A DNA stretch of 64,000 nucleotides from Polyangiales bacterium (GTDB lineage Bacteria > Myxococcota_A > Polyangia > Polyangiales > Ga0077539). Made by a program: the position numbers and the translations under genes. Under the pieces are notes generated by a model that was not told where the DNA came from, searched no databases, and saw only the letters and a list, made by a program, of their open reading frames with translations. Location: NCBI GenBank assembly GCA_044229975.1, contig JBGARZ010000022.1:64001-128000 (forward strand), written 5' to 3'. Shown one piece after another: positions 29,883 through 39,145 of the stretch (position 1 is the first letter of the stretch; each line of letters starts with the position of its first letter).

Positions 29883-31499
29883 ATGCCGTCGCTGAGCTAC
29901 AGCGGACGGGTGATTCTCGCGGGCGCGGGGGCCATGGCCCTCGGCGGTGTGCTCGCCGGAGTCGCGCCGCTCGCGCTCGCGGGCAGCGCCGCAGTGACGG
30001 GGGTCGCGCTCGCGTGGGTCATCGCCTCGCCGATGCCGCGGCGCATGCGCCGGACGCGGTTGGAGTTCTCATGGTGGGTGCTCGCCCACGAAGACGGACC
30101 GCGACGACCCGACGAGCCCGTCTCGGTGCGCGTGGTGCTGCGCAACCCGACGAGCGAGGCGCTCTTGCTCTCGACGCCGCGCCTGGCGTTGTCAGCGGGC
30201 GTTCGGTACACGCGGCACAAGGGCGCGCGCATCGAGGTGGGTCCGCATCAAGCCGTGACCTTCGACCTCCAGGTGCGCCCGAGCTACGCGGGGCGGCACG
30301 TGCTGCATGGCGCGTGGATGACCCTCGGAGGGCCGCTCGGTCTCGCGTGGGTGCCCTTGTACTTCCCCAACCCGTTGGTGCTCGAAGTGGCGCCGCGCGG
30401 GTTCTCCACCCGGCCGATGACGACCACGCTACGCACCACGACGGCGAGCGCGCGGGCGGGTCGGAGCGTGCGGCGCGCGGGCGAGGGCCCCGAGCTGCGG
30501 GAGCTGCGGGAGCATCGGCCGGGTGATCCGTTTCGGCGCATCGCGTGGGGGCCGAGCGCGCGGCGCGGGCGGCTGCTGGTGCGCGAGACCGAGGACGAGT
30601 CGCAGACCACGCGGGTGCTGGTGGTGGACGCGTCGGCGACGATGCGCGGCGACGAGCGGGGCAGGGCGCGCATCGACCACGCCATCGAACTGGTGGCGCA
30701 GGCGGCGCGGGCGAGCGCGAGCACGGGCGATCGGTTGGGGCTGGTGGCCTTCGATCGGCGGGTGGTGCTGCGGGTCGACGCGGGCGACGGGGCGGCGCAC
30801 CTGCGCTCGCTGGTGGCATCGGCGGTGGAGCTGCGCTCGGTGGTGGACGAGGACCTCACCGACGTCGACGACGACGCGCTGGTGGAGACCGTGGCGCGCT
30901 ATTTCCGGGAGCAGGAGGGCGTCGACGCGATGCGCGGCAACACCGGCTACGAGGCGCGGGTGACGCTGCTGCGGTGGATCGAGCGAGCCACCGGCGACGA
31001 CGCCGCCATGCGGCTGCCGGTGAAGGCGAGCGACCCGGTGGGGCGAACGCTGCGGGCGTTCTGTCGGGCGCGGGCGATCGCGCTGCCGATGCGCCACGAC
31101 CCGAGCGGGGCGGCGAAGAGCATCGGGCTGCTGCACGCGCTGGGCGTCGCGGGGCAGGGGGCGCGTGAGGCGCGCACGGTGATGGTGCTGAGCGACCTCG
31201 ACTCGCTCGCGGCGACCGACGAGCTGCGTCGCGCGGTCGGGATGCTGCGCAAGGCGAGGCACCGGGTGAGCGTGGTGGCGCTGGCGGGCGAGCGCTTCGT
31301 GGGGGCGGCTCCGTCGGGGCTGTCGAAGGACGAGCTCGCGGCGCGGCAGGCGGTGGAGGGCGTGTTTCTGGAAGAGGAGCGCGCGCGCCTGGCGAAGCAC
31401 CGGGCGTGGCTGGCGAGCGCGGGGGTTCCGCTGCTGGTGGCGACGGGGGCGGAGCCGATGGTTCACTGGCTCAAGCGCGCGGCGGCGCCGCGGGTGTAG
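29883..31499 (+). CDS. DUF58 domain protein
   Basis: ELRELREHRPGDPFRRIAW..SARRG.LLVRE.E, VVDASATM. Confidence 0.88.
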   Translation: MPSLSYSGRVILAGAGAMALGGVLAGVAPLALAGSAAVTGVALAWVIASPMPRRMRRTRLEFSWWVLAHEDGPRRPDEPVSVRVVLRNPTSEALLLSTPRLALSAGVRYTRHKGARIEVGPHQAVTFDLQVRPSYAGRHVLHGAWMTLGGPLGLAWVPLYFPNPLVLEVAPRGFSTRPMTTTLRTTTASARAGRSVRRAGEGPELRELREHRPGDPFRRIAWGPSARRGRLLVRETEDESQTTRVLVVDASATMRGDERGRARIDHAIELVAQAARASASTGDRLGLVAFDRRVVLRVDAGDGAAHLRSLVASAVELRSVVDEDLTDVDDDALVETVARYFREQEGVDAMRGNTGYEARVTLLRWIERATGDDAAMRLPVKASDPVGRTLRAFCRARAIALPMRHDPSGAAKSIGLLHALGVAGQGAREARTVMVLSDLDSLAATDELRRAVGMLRKARHRVSVVALAGERFVGAAPSGLSKDELAARQAVEGVFLEEERARLAKHRAWLASAGVPLLVATGAEPMVHWLKRAAAPRV

Positions 31500-31511
31500 C
31501 GGGAGGCGACG

Positions 31512-32663
31512 ATGTTGGCTGCGGTGGTGCTGGCGCAGTTGTGTACGGTGGTTCCGGCGGGGGGCGTGGTGGTGACGGAGGGGCGGGGCGGGCACGGGGC
31601 CGTGCTCGCGGCGCATGCGGGCGGGGTGGTGGTGGGGTGGCAGGAGACGGGCGCGCGGCCCAGCGGAACCCAGGGAGGGCCGCCCGACTGGCGACCGACG
31701 GCGGCGTACTCGCGCGAGCTCGACGGCACGACGATGACGCCGCGCGCGGCGGCAAGAGAGGTCACGCGGGAGGAGGAGTCCTACGCGCACCTGGGCATGT
31801 TGGCGGCGTCGCCGTCGCCCGCGGGAGACGGCGCGGGCATCGCGTGGTGCCAGTGCTTTGGTGGCACCGGCAACATCGCGTGCGAGTCGACAGCCTTCGG
31901 GAACTTTCCGGCGGTCACGGCGAGGCACACGGGCGGTGGTTGCAGCAGCGCGACGGCGCTGGGGACGGCGGGCGCGGGGTCGGTGTTTGCGTTCACGGAC
32001 GCGGCGACGGTGGCGCTGGTGGGGAGCCGCACAGGGCGTGAGCACGGCACCCGCGAAGGTGCGACGGCCGACCGGATGGCCATCGCGCGGGCCGACGGCG
32101 ATCGCGCGGTGCTGGTGTGGCGCTCGGGGGACGGATCGAGCGAGGCCGGGACGTTGCACATTGAGGGTGTGGTGCTCGATGGGGACGCGCGGCCGTCGTC
32201 GCAGAGCGTGAGCCTGGGTGGGGCGCCCGATCGGGTGGGTGCTCCCGCGGTGGCGTGGGTGGGCGGTGCGGCACTGGTGACGTTCGCGCGGGCGGCGACG
32301 GCGACGGCCCCGTGGCAGCTCGCGCTGGCGACGTGGACGCCAGGGCGCAGGCACGCGGTGGCGGCGCTGGCGACGGGGCAGGCGCCGGCGGTGGCGCCGT
32401 CGATCGTGGCGTCACGGACGGCGGGCTGCGCGGTGGTGTCGTGGACGGAGGGGCGCGGTCGCGGGACGGTCGTGCGCGCGGGGCGGGTGTGCAACGGGGC
32501 GCTCGATCGGGCGACGGTCGCGCAGGTGTCGCAGGCGGGCGTCGAGGCGGGTGACAGCGAGCTCGCGACGGACGGGCGGCACACGTACGTCGTGTGGCAG
32601 GAGATACCGAGCGGGCGCGGCGTGCGGGAGGAGCTGCGGGTGGGGCGACTGGCCTGCGAGTAG
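31512..32663 (+). CDS. Hypothetical exported protein (propeller-like repeats)
   Basis: GGAGG RBS; repeated VV.W.E motifs. Confidence 0.6.
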   Translation: MLAAVVLAQLCTVVPAGGVVVTEGRGGHGAVLAAHAGGVVVGWQETGARPSGTQGGPPDWRPTAAYSRELDGTTMTPRAAAREVTREEESYAHLGMLAASPSPAGDGAGIAWCQCFGGTGNIACESTAFGNFPAVTARHTGGGCSSATALGTAGAGSVFAFTDAATVALVGSRTGREHGTREGATADRMAIARADGDRAVLVWRSGDGSSEAGTLHIEGVVLDGDARPSSQSVSLGGAPDRVGAPAVAWVGGAALVTFARAATATAPWQLALATWTPGRRHAVAALATGQAPAVAPSIVASRTAGCAVVSWTEGRGRGTVVRAGRVCNGALDRATVAQVSQAGVEAGDSELATDGRHTYVVWQEIPSGRGVREELRVGRLACE

Positions 32664-32670
32664 GACGCGA

Positions 32671-32800
32671 GAGGTCAGCGGGAGAAACCCGGGAGGTCAG
32701 CGGGAGAAACCCGGGAGGTCAGCGGGAGAAACCCGGGAGGTCAGCGGGAGAAACCTGGGAGGTCAGCGGGAGAAACCTGGGAGGCCAGCGGGTGGAACCC
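32671..32800. repeat. 22-bp tandem repeat, about 6 copies
   Basis: Unit GAGGTCAGCGGGAGAAACC(C/T)GG, five copies plus one degenerate copy, between convergent genes. Confidence 0.92.
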
Positions 32801-32852
32801 GTGAACGACGCGGGGGCTGAGCGTTGCCTCTTCGGTGCGGTCGCACTGATCG

Positions 32853-34508
32853 CTACGACGACGGCACCCCGTTGCGTAGCCAGTTGGCGCGCCCGGTCGG
32901 CCACTGCACGCAGTTGGTCGCCGAGCCCGGCACCGTGAACACCAGCGCCTCGTCGCCGTCGTCATCCTTCATGCTCACCACGATCTCCAGCGCCCCGTCG
33001 CCATCGACGTCGCCCACCGTCGGGACCGCCATCGCCCCGCGCCCCGGCAGCGCCACCCGCTGCTGCATCGCGCCGTCCGCGCCCAGCACCAGCAGCGCGT
33101 GTCCGCTCGATTGTGTTCCGTACGTCGCGAGGATCACCTCGGGCCGCCCGTCGCCCGACAGGTCGGCCACCGCCACGCCCGCGGTCAGCACCCGTGCATC
33201 CGTCGTGTACGCGTAGCTCCAGCGCTCGCGTCGATCGCTGCCCACGCAGTGCACCCGCCCGTCGTAGCCCGCAAACACCAGCTCGGGTCCCGCCGCGGCC
33301 GGGTCGAGCTCCGCCGCGCTCACCTGGTTGGTCAGCCCCACGATGTTGTCGCCCAGGTCTTCGAGGCCCGCGAGGTACGTCGGGACGTGCAGCGGCTCCT
33401 GCCAGGCCGCCGGGCGCGTCCCGTCCGCATGAATCGCCCACAGCGCCACGCCGCGCCGCCGGTCGTCCTGCGAGGCGTTCTGCACCGAGGCCACCATCAC
33501 GATCTCGGGGCGCCCGTCGCCGTCCACGTCCGCGAGCGTCGGTGGCGTGTTGGTGAAGTGCGCCTGGTTCGATGTCGACTCGCGCTCCGAGTAGCCCTGC
33601 CGGGCCTCGGCCATGTCGTGCAGAAACCTCACGCCGGGCGAGCGCGTCACCCGTGGAAACGTCGCCACCCGAAACGCCTCGCCCGACCCGCGGTGCCAGG
33701 ACACGTACGCGTTGTCCATCGGCGCGATCACGTCCATCGCGCGGTCGTCGTCGAGGTAGCCCACCGCGAGGGTCTGATCGAAGCCGCCCGTCACGTAGCA
33801 GACCTCGTCGCAGCCCGACGCACCGCTCGTGTTGGGCGGATACCCCGCCATCGTGCTGCCGTCGCCGTGCCACGCCATCAACAGGTCGCGCGCCGATCCG
33901 CTGCGCAGCGTTTCCGTCGACGCCGTCACGATCTCCGGTCGCCCGTCGCCGTCGAGGTCGCCGCCCGCGAGGCTCCGCAGCTCCTCGCGCCACCGCACCG
34001 GAAAGCCACCCGCCGCGCTCCCGCTCGCGCTGAACATCGCCACGCCGTCGCCCGCCGCTGCGACCACCTCCAGCGACGCGTCGCCCGCGAAGTCGCCGAC
34101 GAGTGGTGACGCCCACACCCGCGCGCGGCCGTTGACGGCGGCGGTCCAGCGAGTGGTTCCGTCGGCGGCCCACACGACGACACGGGGACCGCGCGCGGCG
34201 ACGATCTCCATGCGCCCGTCGCGGTCGAGGTCGACGATGGCGGGCGACCCCAGCCACCCTTCGCCGCCCATCGCTCGCAGCGCGCGCACCCGCGTGGGTG
34301 CCATCGCCGTCGCACGCCCCGCGGAGGCGGCTCGGCACGCCGGCATCACGGGCGTCGGCGCCGGACCATCGGGCACATGCGGGACGTCGACGACGGGCCG
34401 CGGGTTATCGAGCGGGATGATCGAGGCGTCGCCTGCTGTGTTGTTGACCGCGGGGTCACAGGCGGCGACGAGGGCGAGAGCGGCGATGAGCGACCGTGGG
34501 GCCATCAT
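32853..34508 (-). CDS. FG-GAP/VCBS repeat lipoprotein
   Basis: Lipobox VAAC; repeated DLDGDGRPEIV-type motifs. Confidence 0.85.
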   Translation of the reverse strand: MMAPRSLIAALALVAACDPAVNNTAGDASIIPLDNPRPVVDVPHVPDGPAPTPVMPACRAASAGRATAMAPTRVRALRAMGGEGWLGSPAIVDLDRDGRMEIVAARGPRVVVWAADGTTRWTAAVNGRARVWASPLVGDFAGDASLEVVAAAGDGVAMFSASGSAAGGFPVRWREELRSLAGGDLDGDGRPEIVTASTETLRSGSARDLLMAWHGDGSTMAGYPPNTSGASGCDEVCYVTGGFDQTLAVGYLDDDRAMDVIAPMDNAYVSWHRGSGEAFRVATFPRVTRSPGVRFLHDMAEARQGYSERESTSNQAHFTNTPPTLADVDGDGRPEIVMVASVQNASQDDRRRGVALWAIHADGTRPAAWQEPLHVPTYLAGLEDLGDNIVGLTNQVSAAELDPAAAGPELVFAGYDGRVHCVGSDRRERWSYAYTTDARVLTAGVAVADLSGDGRPEVILATYGTQSSGHALLVLGADGAMQQRVALPGRGAMAVPTVGDVDGDGALEIVVSMKDDDGDEALVFTVPGSATNCVQWPTGRANWLRNGVPSS

Positions 34509-34518
34509 CGCGAGGGTA

Positions 34519-35574
34519 TCAGGCCGCCTGCCGGACCATGGCCTCGACGGCGTCGAAGAGCGCACGCTGCGAGTGTTCCAGCGAGAAGATGTGGTTGGTC
34601 TCGGGCACCACCGCGAGCTCGACGCCGCGCGCCCGCCAGCGGGCCGGATCGCCCCGTAGCGACGCGTTGCCGAAGTAGCCCATGAAGGTCGGGTGGTACG
34701 ACGAGCTGTTGAGGAAGCTCACCTTCTGCCCGCGCTTGAGCACCTCCTGGAAGACCTCGTCGACGAGGTCGTTCTTCACTTCACCGGCCACCTGCATCTG
34801 CGCCGCGAGCGCCGCGTCGGGCTGCTCGGGCGGCGCCTCGGGCTCGACCGGCGGCAGCACGCCCCTGATCGTCTTCTCGATGGCCCCGCGCGCGAAGCCC
34901 GGAAGGATCGGCAGCACCCGGTCGACCTGCGCCCGCGTCTTGATGCGCGCGGCCTCCTTCAACAGCGAGTAGTCGCTCTCGCCGGAGAGCAGCCGTCGCC
35001 ACGCTTCGACGTCGGTGATCTTCTTCAGGTAGAGCTCGATCACCGTGTCGGTCTCGCCGGGGCGCGAGCGGAGGAGCTCGGCGGCGTTGTTCTCCAGGAA
35101 GCGCTGCCGCGCCGACGAGGAGATGGTGACGGGCAGGTCGACGATGACGTGGCCGAAGACGTTGGGCAGCGCCTTCGCCGCGAAGAGCCCGGTGATGCCG
35201 CCGCCGCACAGCCCGCCGAAGACCAGCGAGCGCACGCCCGTCTCCGCGGTGAGAAACTGCCCCGCCGCGACGGCGTCGCCGCTGAACCCGCCGCTCTGGA
35301 TGAAGCCGTAGAGGTCCATCACCATCTGGCCGTGGCGGGGCTCTCCCTCGGAGTCGCCGATGCCGTGGTAGTCGAAGCGCAGCGTCGGAACACCCGACGC
35401 GGCGAGGCGACGGGCGACAGCGACGTTCATCCGCCACGCGCCCTGACGCACCTTCTGACCCGCGGAAAACCACACCAGCCCGACGCCGCGCATCGACTGC
35501 GGGTCGTCCGGGAGGTGGAGGATTCCGTGCAGCGTGTGGCCCTTCTCGTTGGTGAACCGGACGGCTTTCTCCAT
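34519..35574 (-). CDS. Alpha/beta hydrolase-fold protein (exosortase-system hydrolase 1-like, Cys at nucleophile elbow)
   Basis: LHGILH, LRFDYHGIGDSEG, GLCGGG, NHIFS. Confidence 0.78.
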   Translation of the reverse strand: MEKAVRFTNEKGHTLHGILHLPDDPQSMRGVGLVWFSAGQKVRQGAWRMNVAVARRLAASGVPTLRFDYHGIGDSEGEPRHGQMVMDLYGFIQSGGFSGDAVAAGQFLTAETGVRSLVFGGLCGGGITGLFAAKALPNVFGHVIVDLPVTISSSARQRFLENNAAELLRSRPGETDTVIELYLKKITDVEAWRRLLSGESDYSLLKEAARIKTRAQVDRVLPILPGFARGAIEKTIRGVLPPVEPEAPPEQPDAALAAQMQVAGEVKNDLVDEVFQEVLKRGQKVSFLNSSSYHPTFMGYFGNASLRGDPARWRARGVELAVVPETNHIFSLEHSQRALFDAVEAMVRQAA

Positions 35575-35633
35575 GCGCCTCGACCGATGGTCCACGAACG
35601 ACCGTTACGCCGCAATGTATGAATACGACTACT

Positions 35634-37064
35634 TCACAGCGCGAGCGCGCGCCGGGCGAGGTCGCTCTTGAGCGTCGCGTCGGGGTCGAGCCGCTGCTTC
35701 AATGCCGCAAACTGGTCGAGTTTGTCGCGCCCATAGGCCCGCGCCACGTCGTCGGCGGTGATGACCGCGTCCTTGGCGAAGTAGAACTTCCCGCCCGCCT
35801 CAAGGACCATCGCGGTCATCTCGGCGAAGCACTTCCACAGGGCCTCGCGGTTGTCGCGCGTGACCTTGAAGTCCATCGCCATCGACCACCCGTCGAGCGC
35901 GTGGGTGAGCAGGAAGGCGTCGGGCCGGTGCCGCTTGAAGACGCTCAGGTATGACGGAAACCCGCGGCGGTGTCCGAGGGCGATGAGGGCCTTCATGGTG
36001 GCCCGCGCCGTCTCCTTCGGGATGAACACCTGGTACTGCACGAAGCCCCCGGGGCCGTACGCGAGCCGCCAGTTGGGCACGTAGTCGAGCAGGAAGGCGA
36101 AGGCCACGTGCGACTGCATGTACGAGGCGCCGTCCTGGAGGTACGACGACCAGTACTTGGCGAAGTTGACCATCCCGACGCCGAGGTCGTGCACGAAGTA
36201 GCGCATCACCTCCCAGAGGCGGCTCTTGGGGAAGCCCAGGATGGTGCCGGGCAACCCCTGCTTCTCGACGTGAAACGAGCTCGCCGGGTCGGGGTCTTCG
36301 CCCTCGTGGAGGTAGTACGCCGCGTGGATCTGCCCGCGACCGATGGAGTCGCCGCGCGCGAAGCTGTCGACCCAGCCGACGAGGTAGTCGGCCTTCGGGA
36401 TGAGCTCCTCGAAGCAGTCGAACATCGCGTCGAGGTTGCGCGCGACGTGCGCGTCGACCCGCATGAACCCGCTGTCGACCTTCTTCAGCTTGAGCTTCAC
36501 GCGCGTGATCGCACCGAGCATCCCGAGGCCGCCGATGGCGCCGTGGAAGACGTCGGAGTTGTGCTCGCGGTTGCAGGTGAGCAGGTCACCGCGCGAGGTG
36601 AGCAGGTCGATCTCCTGCACGTGGTCGCCGAAGGGGCCCGCGCGGAAGTTGTTCTTGCCGTGGATGTTCATGGCGAGGCAGCCGCCCAGCGTCGGACGCA
36701 TCGTGCCGGGCACCACCGCGGGCCAGTAGCCGTCCTCGATGGTGCGCCGCCACAGGCCCTCGACGGTGATGCCGGGCTCGCACTCGAAGATGCCGGTCGT
36801 CGGGTCCCACCGGTGAACACGGGTGAGCTTCTGCGTGTCGATGATGAGCCCACCGCCGTTGAGCGACGCGTCGCCGTAGCTGCGCCCCGCCCCGCGAAAC
36901 GCCACCGACATCCCCTCGTCGTGCGCCTTCGCGACCGTCGCCGCGAGCTCGTCGACGCTCTCCGGCGCCGCGTAGTGGCAGGCCGCGTTGACCGCGCGGC
37001 CGAAGCCGTCGAGCACCCGCCACGGGGCGCGCGCTTCGAGGGTGGTGAGCGTCGGCTTCTGCAT
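35634..37064 (-). CDS. FAD-binding oxidoreductase, DprE1-like
   Basis: RGAGRSYGDA, VPGT...TLGG, NIHGKN, GFVQYQ, GGKFYFAKD. Confidence 0.82.
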   Translation of the reverse strand: MQKPTLTTLEARAPWRVLDGFGRAVNAACHYAAPESVDELAATVAKAHDEGMSVAFRGAGRSYGDASLNGGGLIIDTQKLTRVHRWDPTTGIFECEPGITVEGLWRRTIEDGYWPAVVPGTMRPTLGGCLAMNIHGKNNFRAGPFGDHVQEIDLLTSRGDLLTCNREHNSDVFHGAIGGLGMLGAITRVKLKLKKVDSGFMRVDAHVARNLDAMFDCFEELIPKADYLVGWVDSFARGDSIGRGQIHAAYYLHEGEDPDPASSFHVEKQGLPGTILGFPKSRLWEVMRYFVHDLGVGMVNFAKYWSSYLQDGASYMQSHVAFAFLLDYVPNWRLAYGPGGFVQYQVFIPKETARATMKALIALGHRRGFPSYLSVFKRHRPDAFLLTHALDGWSMAMDFKVTRDNREALWKCFAEMTAMVLEAGGKFYFAKDAVITADDVARAYGRDKLDQFAALKQRLDPDATLKSDLARRALAL

Positions 37065-37801
37065 CAGACGTTGGTCCTCCGGAAGAGCCACGAGGGGATG
37101 GAGCGAACCACCCACGCCACAAGCGCCCAGCGCCCCGGGACGAATCCGCTCGCGCCGCTCCCCTTCTTCGCAAGCGCAAGGCAGCGGCGAGCGGCCTCTT
37201 CGGCGCTGATGATCCACAGGAGCTTGCCCATGCCCTTCGTCATCGCCGTCGCGACGAAGCCGGGCTTGGCCGTGACCACGTTGACCCCGTAGCGCGAGCA
37301 GCGGTTGCGCAGCGCTTCGAGGTACGCCGAGAGGGCCGCCTTCGACGTGGTGTAGCCGGGGTTGCCGCGACGACCGCGCTCGCCCGCGATGCTCGACACG
37401 CCGAGGATGGTTCCGCTGCGCGCGGCCTCGAAGCGGGCGGCGACGGGGTTCATCCACGCCATCGCGCCGACCACGTTGACGGCCATCATCTGGCGGTCTT
37501 TGTCGAAGCTGTACTCACCCTCGGCGACGGTGGGCATCACGCCCGCGGCGTACACGAGCAGGTCGAGGCCGCCGAGGTCGCCGACGATCTTCTCGTAGAG
37601 CGCGGGCACCTCGTCGAAGTTCTCCACGTCGTGCGCGTACGCCTTGAGCTTGTCGTTGCCCCCGCACACGCGCTCCAGCTCCGCGGCGCGTCGCGCCACC
37701 ACCGCCACCGTCGCCCCGTCGGCGGCGAGCTGCTTCGCCATCGCCTCGCCGATGCCCGACGACCCGCCGACGACGATCGCCTTCTTGAACACCACGCTCA
37801 C
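37064..37801 (-). CDS. SDR oxidoreductase, DprE2-like
   Basis: GGSSGIG, SSIAGERGR..N..YTTSKA, KPGFVATAMT; overlaps the DprE1-like start. Confidence 0.8.
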   Translation of the reverse strand: MSVVFKKAIVVGGSSGIGEAMAKQLAADGATVAVVARRAAELERVCGGNDKLKAYAHDVENFDEVPALYEKIVGDLGGLDLLVYAAGVMPTVAEGEYSFDKDRQMMAVNVVGAMAWMNPVAARFEAARSGTILGVSSIAGERGRRGNPGYTTSKAALSAYLEALRNRCSRYGVNVVTAKPGFVATAMTKGMGKLLWIISAEEAARRCLALAKKGSGASGFVPGRWALVAWVVRSIPSWLFRRTNV

Positions 37802-37913
37802 TGCCGGTCACTGCTCCAACCGCGGGACGCGACCGCTCGCGTCGTCGGCGGGGAGGGTGCCTACCACGACTCCGCGCGCGGCAACATCGGCCGCCGCGGT
37901 GAACGGTCGCGAA

Positions 37914-38756
37914 CTACGCCTGATCGAGCGCTTCGAGCCACCCGAGCAGCGCGAGCTCGACCTGCTCGGCGCGCGTGAGGTGCACCTTGCCCTCGACGTG
38001 CAACGGCTGCGGCTCGACCGCCCGGGCCAGGGTGGCGCCCGCGCCGAGCGTGGTGATGAGCGCGGCCAGCTCGTTGCTCGCGCGGGCCGTCGGCGTCTTC
38101 ACCACGTCGATGACCAGCGAGCGCGCGGGGTAGTGGGCGAGCACCGTCGACAGGTCGATGGCGCGGATGTCGTCGAACTGCGCGGCCGTGAGGTGGTAGC
38201 CGAAGACGTTGACGGTCTCGCCCGCGCGCAGCCGCTCGATGAGCACCTCGCGGGTCACGCCGGCCTTCTTGGTGAGCACCATCTCGCCCGCGAGGTAGGC
38301 GCGCAGGACGTCCATCGCGTAGGTGGATCCCTTCACCACGGGCTGGAGCAGCGCGAGCGGCGCCGGGCCCTCGGTCGCGCCCACCATCGCGGCGAGCGTC
38401 GCGCCGAAGCGCAGCCCGCACAGGACCACCCGCTCGACGCCCGACTGCGCCCGCGCGAAGGCGCAGGCCGCACGCACATCGCCCAGCCACGAGGCGACGG
38501 TGGCGTCTTCCCACTCGCCCTCGCTGTCGCCGCAGCCGTGAAGGTCGAAGCGCATCGCCCACAACCCGCGCCCCGCCACCCGCGTGGCGAGCGAGCGGAG
38601 GAAGGGGTGCGCGTCCTGGCGCTCTTCCATGAAGGGGTGGACGAAGACCACCGCCGCGGGGGCGATGGCGAGCGGCGCATCGGTGGCGCGCGGCTCGTGC
38701 AGAAAACCGTAGAGGCGGTGTGACCCCGAGGAGAAGAACTCGCCGCGGTCGCCCAC
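37914..38756 (-). CDS. Alpha/beta hydrolase-fold protein (exosortase-system hydrolase 2-like, no catalytic Ser)
   Basis: HPFMEE, RFDLHGCGDSEG, GLRFGA, LLQPV..G. Confidence 0.8.
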   Translation of the reverse strand: MGDRGEFFSSGSHRLYGFLHEPRATDAPLAIAPAAVVFVHPFMEERQDAHPFLRSLATRVAGRGLWAMRFDLHGCGDSEGEWEDATVASWLGDVRAACAFARAQSGVERVVLCGLRFGATLAAMVGATEGPAPLALLQPVVKGSTYAMDVLRAYLAGEMVLTKKAGVTREVLIERLRAGETVNVFGYHLTAAQFDDIRAIDLSTVLAHYPARSLVIDVVKTPTARASNELAALITTLGAGATLARAVEPQPLHVEGKVHLTRAEQVELALLGWLEALDQA

Positions 38757-38760
38757 CCGA

Positions 38761-39018
38761 TCAGCCCGCGGACTGCTTGCGCCCGATGTAGTCCGCGATG
38801 CGGCTCACGGCGTCGAAGTTTTCGGGGAGCATCTCCGAGTCGAGCACCTCGATGCTGAACTCGTCGCGCAGCCACTCGAAGACTTCGAGCAGGCCGGTGG
38901 AGTCGACGATGCCGAGCTCCATCAACGACGCGTCGTTGGTCACCGCGCCGGGGTCGGCCACGGGGAAGTTCGACAACACGTAAGCCCGCACCTTACCGAC
39001 CAATTCCTCTGACGCCAT
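38761..39018 (-). CDS. Acyl carrier protein
   Basis: SL.ELGIVDSTG phosphopantetheine site, PENFD; acidic, 85 aa. Confidence 0.9.
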   Translation of the reverse strand: MASEELVGKVRAYVLSNFPVADPGAVTNDASLMELGIVDSTGLLEVFEWLRDEFSIEVLDSEMLPENFDAVSRIADYIGRKQSAG

Positions 39019-39145
39019 CGACCGTATCCCTCTCGCTGACGAGCCGAGATGGGTTGATATCAGAAGCACCGGGCGGAGGTCACGAAGGTTTCGAGACAAC
39101 GTCGCGGTTGCGCGCCGCGCTGACGCCGCGGCGTGGGCCGGGCTG

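Noticed and set aside
27518..31499. DUF4350-MoxR-DUF58 as a novel system
   Set aside because: Common, widely reported operon arrangement
32671..32800. CRISPR array
   Set aside because: Units are head-to-tail with no unique spacers, and there are no cas genes
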